From positions 17,918 through 81,917 of the forward strand of contig JACPXL010000070.1 of the NCBI GenBank assembly GCA_016196555.1: DNA of 64,000 nt, in the 5' to 3' direction. Positions 62,227 through 64,000 of the stretch are shown one piece after another. The notes under the pieces were generated by a model. That model worked only from the letters and a program-made list of their open reading frames with translations, was not told the DNA's origin and searched no databases. The stretch comes from Candidatus Omnitrophota bacterium (GTDB taxonomy: Bacteria > Omnitrophota > Omnitrophia > Omnitrophales > Aquincolibacteriaceae). Within the stretch, counting starts at the first letter, position 1, and the number at the start of each line of letters is the position of its first letter. Both the position numbers and the translations under genes were made by a program.

Positions 62227-62580
62227 ATGTTCCGAAAATACACCGCTTTTTTTACTTTGTTATCTGTTCTTTTTTTATTTTCTCCCGTCCTTCATGCTGA
62301 ATCTCCGGAAACAGTCAAAACCCAAGCCGATAATGACGTCCAGGTTGCAAGCAAATTGATGGTGGAAGCTAATCGGCTGGTGGACGAATCAAATTCAAAC
62401 CGTGAAAAACTGCAGGCAAGTGCCGGACTTTATGTCCAGGCCGGTAAAATTTTTGAAAAAACCACCGCAGTCTACCGTAGTCTGGCTCCTAAATATGCTT
62501 CGGAAACCGACATTAAAAATTCTAATGATGCCATGCAATATTGTATTCGGATGATTGGCGAGATTAAAAAGCGTATTTAA
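62227..62580 (+). CDS. Small secreted helical protein, unknown function
   Basis: SD AGGAGGA precedes ATG 62227. Signal peptide MFRKYTAFFTLLSVLFLFSPVLHA-ES. 117 aa. Confidence 0.6.
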   Translation: MFRKYTAFFTLLSVLFLFSPVLHAESPETVKTQADNDVQVASKLMVEANRLVDESNSNREKLQASAGLYVQAGKIFEKTTAVYRSLAPKYASETDIKNSNDAMQYCIRMIGEIKKRI

Positions 62581-62585
62581 TCGCA

Positions 62586-63938
62586 ATGCGATTACTTATT
62601 GCATCTTCCAATCCCTCTTTAGCATCGCTTATCCGGCGTTCCTTCGAACGATTCCATTACAGCTGGGTCCAAGTCGATGACGGAATTGATGCTTTCCAAA
62701 AAATTGTCAGTTCGAAATTTGATTTAGTTTTTTTGGATTTTAGCTTGCCGAGAATGAATGCCCCTGAAGTTTTGAGGCGGCTTCATTCACTCGATAATTT
62801 TAAAATGCCGCCTGTCCTCGTGCTTACCCTTTCCGAACCGGAACGTGAACAAATCGAGCATGAACATTTTTCCCAAACCGAAGTTTTTGCCAGCCCCATC
62901 GCCATCCGCGAATTTGTGGCCAAGGTGCAGCAAATTTTAAATCAACGTATACGCGTTGCATGTTTGGGCGGAGGCACGGGGCTTTTTACGCTTCTCTCCG
63001 GATTGAAAACAATTTCCGGTATTACGCTTTCTTCCATTGTGAGCATGAGTGATGACGGAGGTTCAACCGGGGTTTTGCGCGATATGTTCGGAATTCTTCC
63101 TCCGGGCGACATTCGTAGAAGTTTGGTGGCTTTGTCGACGGCGCCTGACCTTTTGAATGAATTGATGCAATATCGTTTTGACAAGGGCAAAGAACTGAAG
63201 GGCCATAATATCGGCAATCTTCTTTTGACGGCTTTGATTCAAATGCGCGGATCGATGTCTAATGCCGTGAAATCGATCAGCGAAATTCTCAACATTCAAG
63301 GCGAAGTCATTCCGGTGACAGAATCGGTTAATACGTTAAAGGCCGAATTAGAAAATGGAAAGGTCATTGAAGGAGAACATCGGATTAATCTTTTCGAGGG
63401 AATTAATCCTAAAATTAGAATCAACCGTTTGTGGCAGGAGCCGCCGGTTTCTGCCACACCGGACGCCATTCAAGCACTTTACAATGCGCATGTGATTATT
63501 CTGGGGCCGGGGGATTTGTTTACCAGTGTCATTTCCAATTTGACCGTTGCCGGAATTTCTGACGCCATCAGTTCAAGCAAAGCAAAAAAGATTTACATTT
63601 GCAACGTGATGACAAAACCCGGTGAGACCACGGACTTTCAAGTCAGTGATCACGTGCGTGAAGTGATCAAATATTTGAAAAAAGATTGCCTGGATTATGT
63701 TTTATTTTCGAACACGCGCTTCCACAAAGCCGCACTGTCCTCCTATGCCAGCCAAAATCAGATCCCGGTGACAGAAAAAAACTCCAAAGTGTTGAAAAAA
63801 GTCACGCGCGCAAAAATTCTTTCAGCGGATTTAGCGTCTGAGAGCCAACTAGTGCGCCATGACAGCCTGAAACTGGCCTCGGAAATTAAAAAAATCATCC
63901 AAAAAGAAACGAAAAGAGAAAGCAAAAGGCCTCATTGA
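62586..63938 (+). CDS. Receiver-like domain fused to a YvcK/CofD-family (UPF0052, gluconeogenesis factor) domain
   Basis: N-terminal ~120 aa have a REC fold pattern (LVFLDFSLPRMNA, VLVLT). Then the YvcK motifs CLGGGTGL, SMSDDGGSTG and ILPPGDIRR.LVAL. Confidence 0.8.
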   Translation: MRLLIASSNPSLASLIRRSFERFHYSWVQVDDGIDAFQKIVSSKFDLVFLDFSLPRMNAPEVLRRLHSLDNFKMPPVLVLTLSEPEREQIEHEHFSQTEVFASPIAIREFVAKVQQILNQRIRVACLGGGTGLFTLLSGLKTISGITLSSIVSMSDDGGSTGVLRDMFGILPPGDIRRSLVALSTAPDLLNELMQYRFDKGKELKGHNIGNLLLTALIQMRGSMSNAVKSISEILNIQGEVIPVTESVNTLKAELENGKVIEGEHRINLFEGINPKIRINRLWQEPPVSATPDAIQALYNAHVIILGPGDLFTSVISNLTVAGISDAISSSKAKKIYICNVMTKPGETTDFQVSDHVREVIKYLKKDCLDYVLFSNTRFHKAALSSYASQNQIPVTEKNSKVLKKVTRAKILSADLASESQLVRHDSLKLASEIKKIIQKETKRESKRPH

Positions 63939-64000
63939 TTTTAATCCTTGCTTTCCGGTTTTAAAGTTGTAAGATAACCTCTCATAGCGGCAGATTTGAG

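Noticed and set aside
1-64000. Scan for rRNA, tRNA, tmRNA/RNase P-like RNAs, CRISPR arrays, IS elements and integrases
   Set aside because: I found no T-loop-type GGTTCGAATCC-like motifs in intergenic DNA, no regularly spaced direct repeats, and no transposase or integrase-like translations. The intergenic spacers are short (mostly under 250 bp). A covariance-model scan would be needed to exclude small ncRNAs.

Overview
Gene-dense chromosomal segment (about 60 CDS, mostly + strand) with diderm-type gene content. It may come from an uncultivated lineage, but I cannot assign taxonomy from the sequence alone, and GC was not computed (it looks moderately AT-rich by eye). Left third (546-18121): one long co-directional, translationally coupled housekeeping array. 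It runs AsmA/TamB-like protein, mlaEFD, PIN-TRAM (YacL-like), fused ispDF, gltX, cysS, tmk, holB, metG, tatD, CPBP and M50 intramembrane proteases, mtnA, thiL, tsaE, and is followed directly by an unknown 346-aa gene coupled to a phage-type YopX gene. Middle: cyclophilin, REC-GGDEF-EAL plus orn, CBS protein, HI0933-type flavoprotein, sodC, typA, a RegA-like regulator with a 7TM-3xPAS sensor that has no kinase module, SDR, ArsC-like, PEBP, SemiSWEET-like, M16 peptidase, an Opp/Dpp-type ABC importer, and mutS-mutL. Right third: a receiver, a Zn-ribbon membrane protein plus an IGHMBP2/Upf1-like helicase, a GT-C-like membrane protein, a DCC-LMF fusion, a CDF plus OmpR/HK metal-type module, an orphan PtsN-like EIIA, and a chlorite-dismutase-family protein. 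The window ends with an ECF sigma/anti-sigma cluster led by an extremely charged heptad-repeat secreted protein and followed by a pseudo-receiver-YvcK fusion. I recognised no rRNA, tRNA, CRISPR array, transposase or integrase. The most notable non-genic signal is a family of GTCAT...ATGAC-tipped palindromic elements (4 copies), one of which is inserted exactly in frame (38 codons) inside mtnA. All functional calls rest on motif recognition in the supplied translations; no database search was possible.
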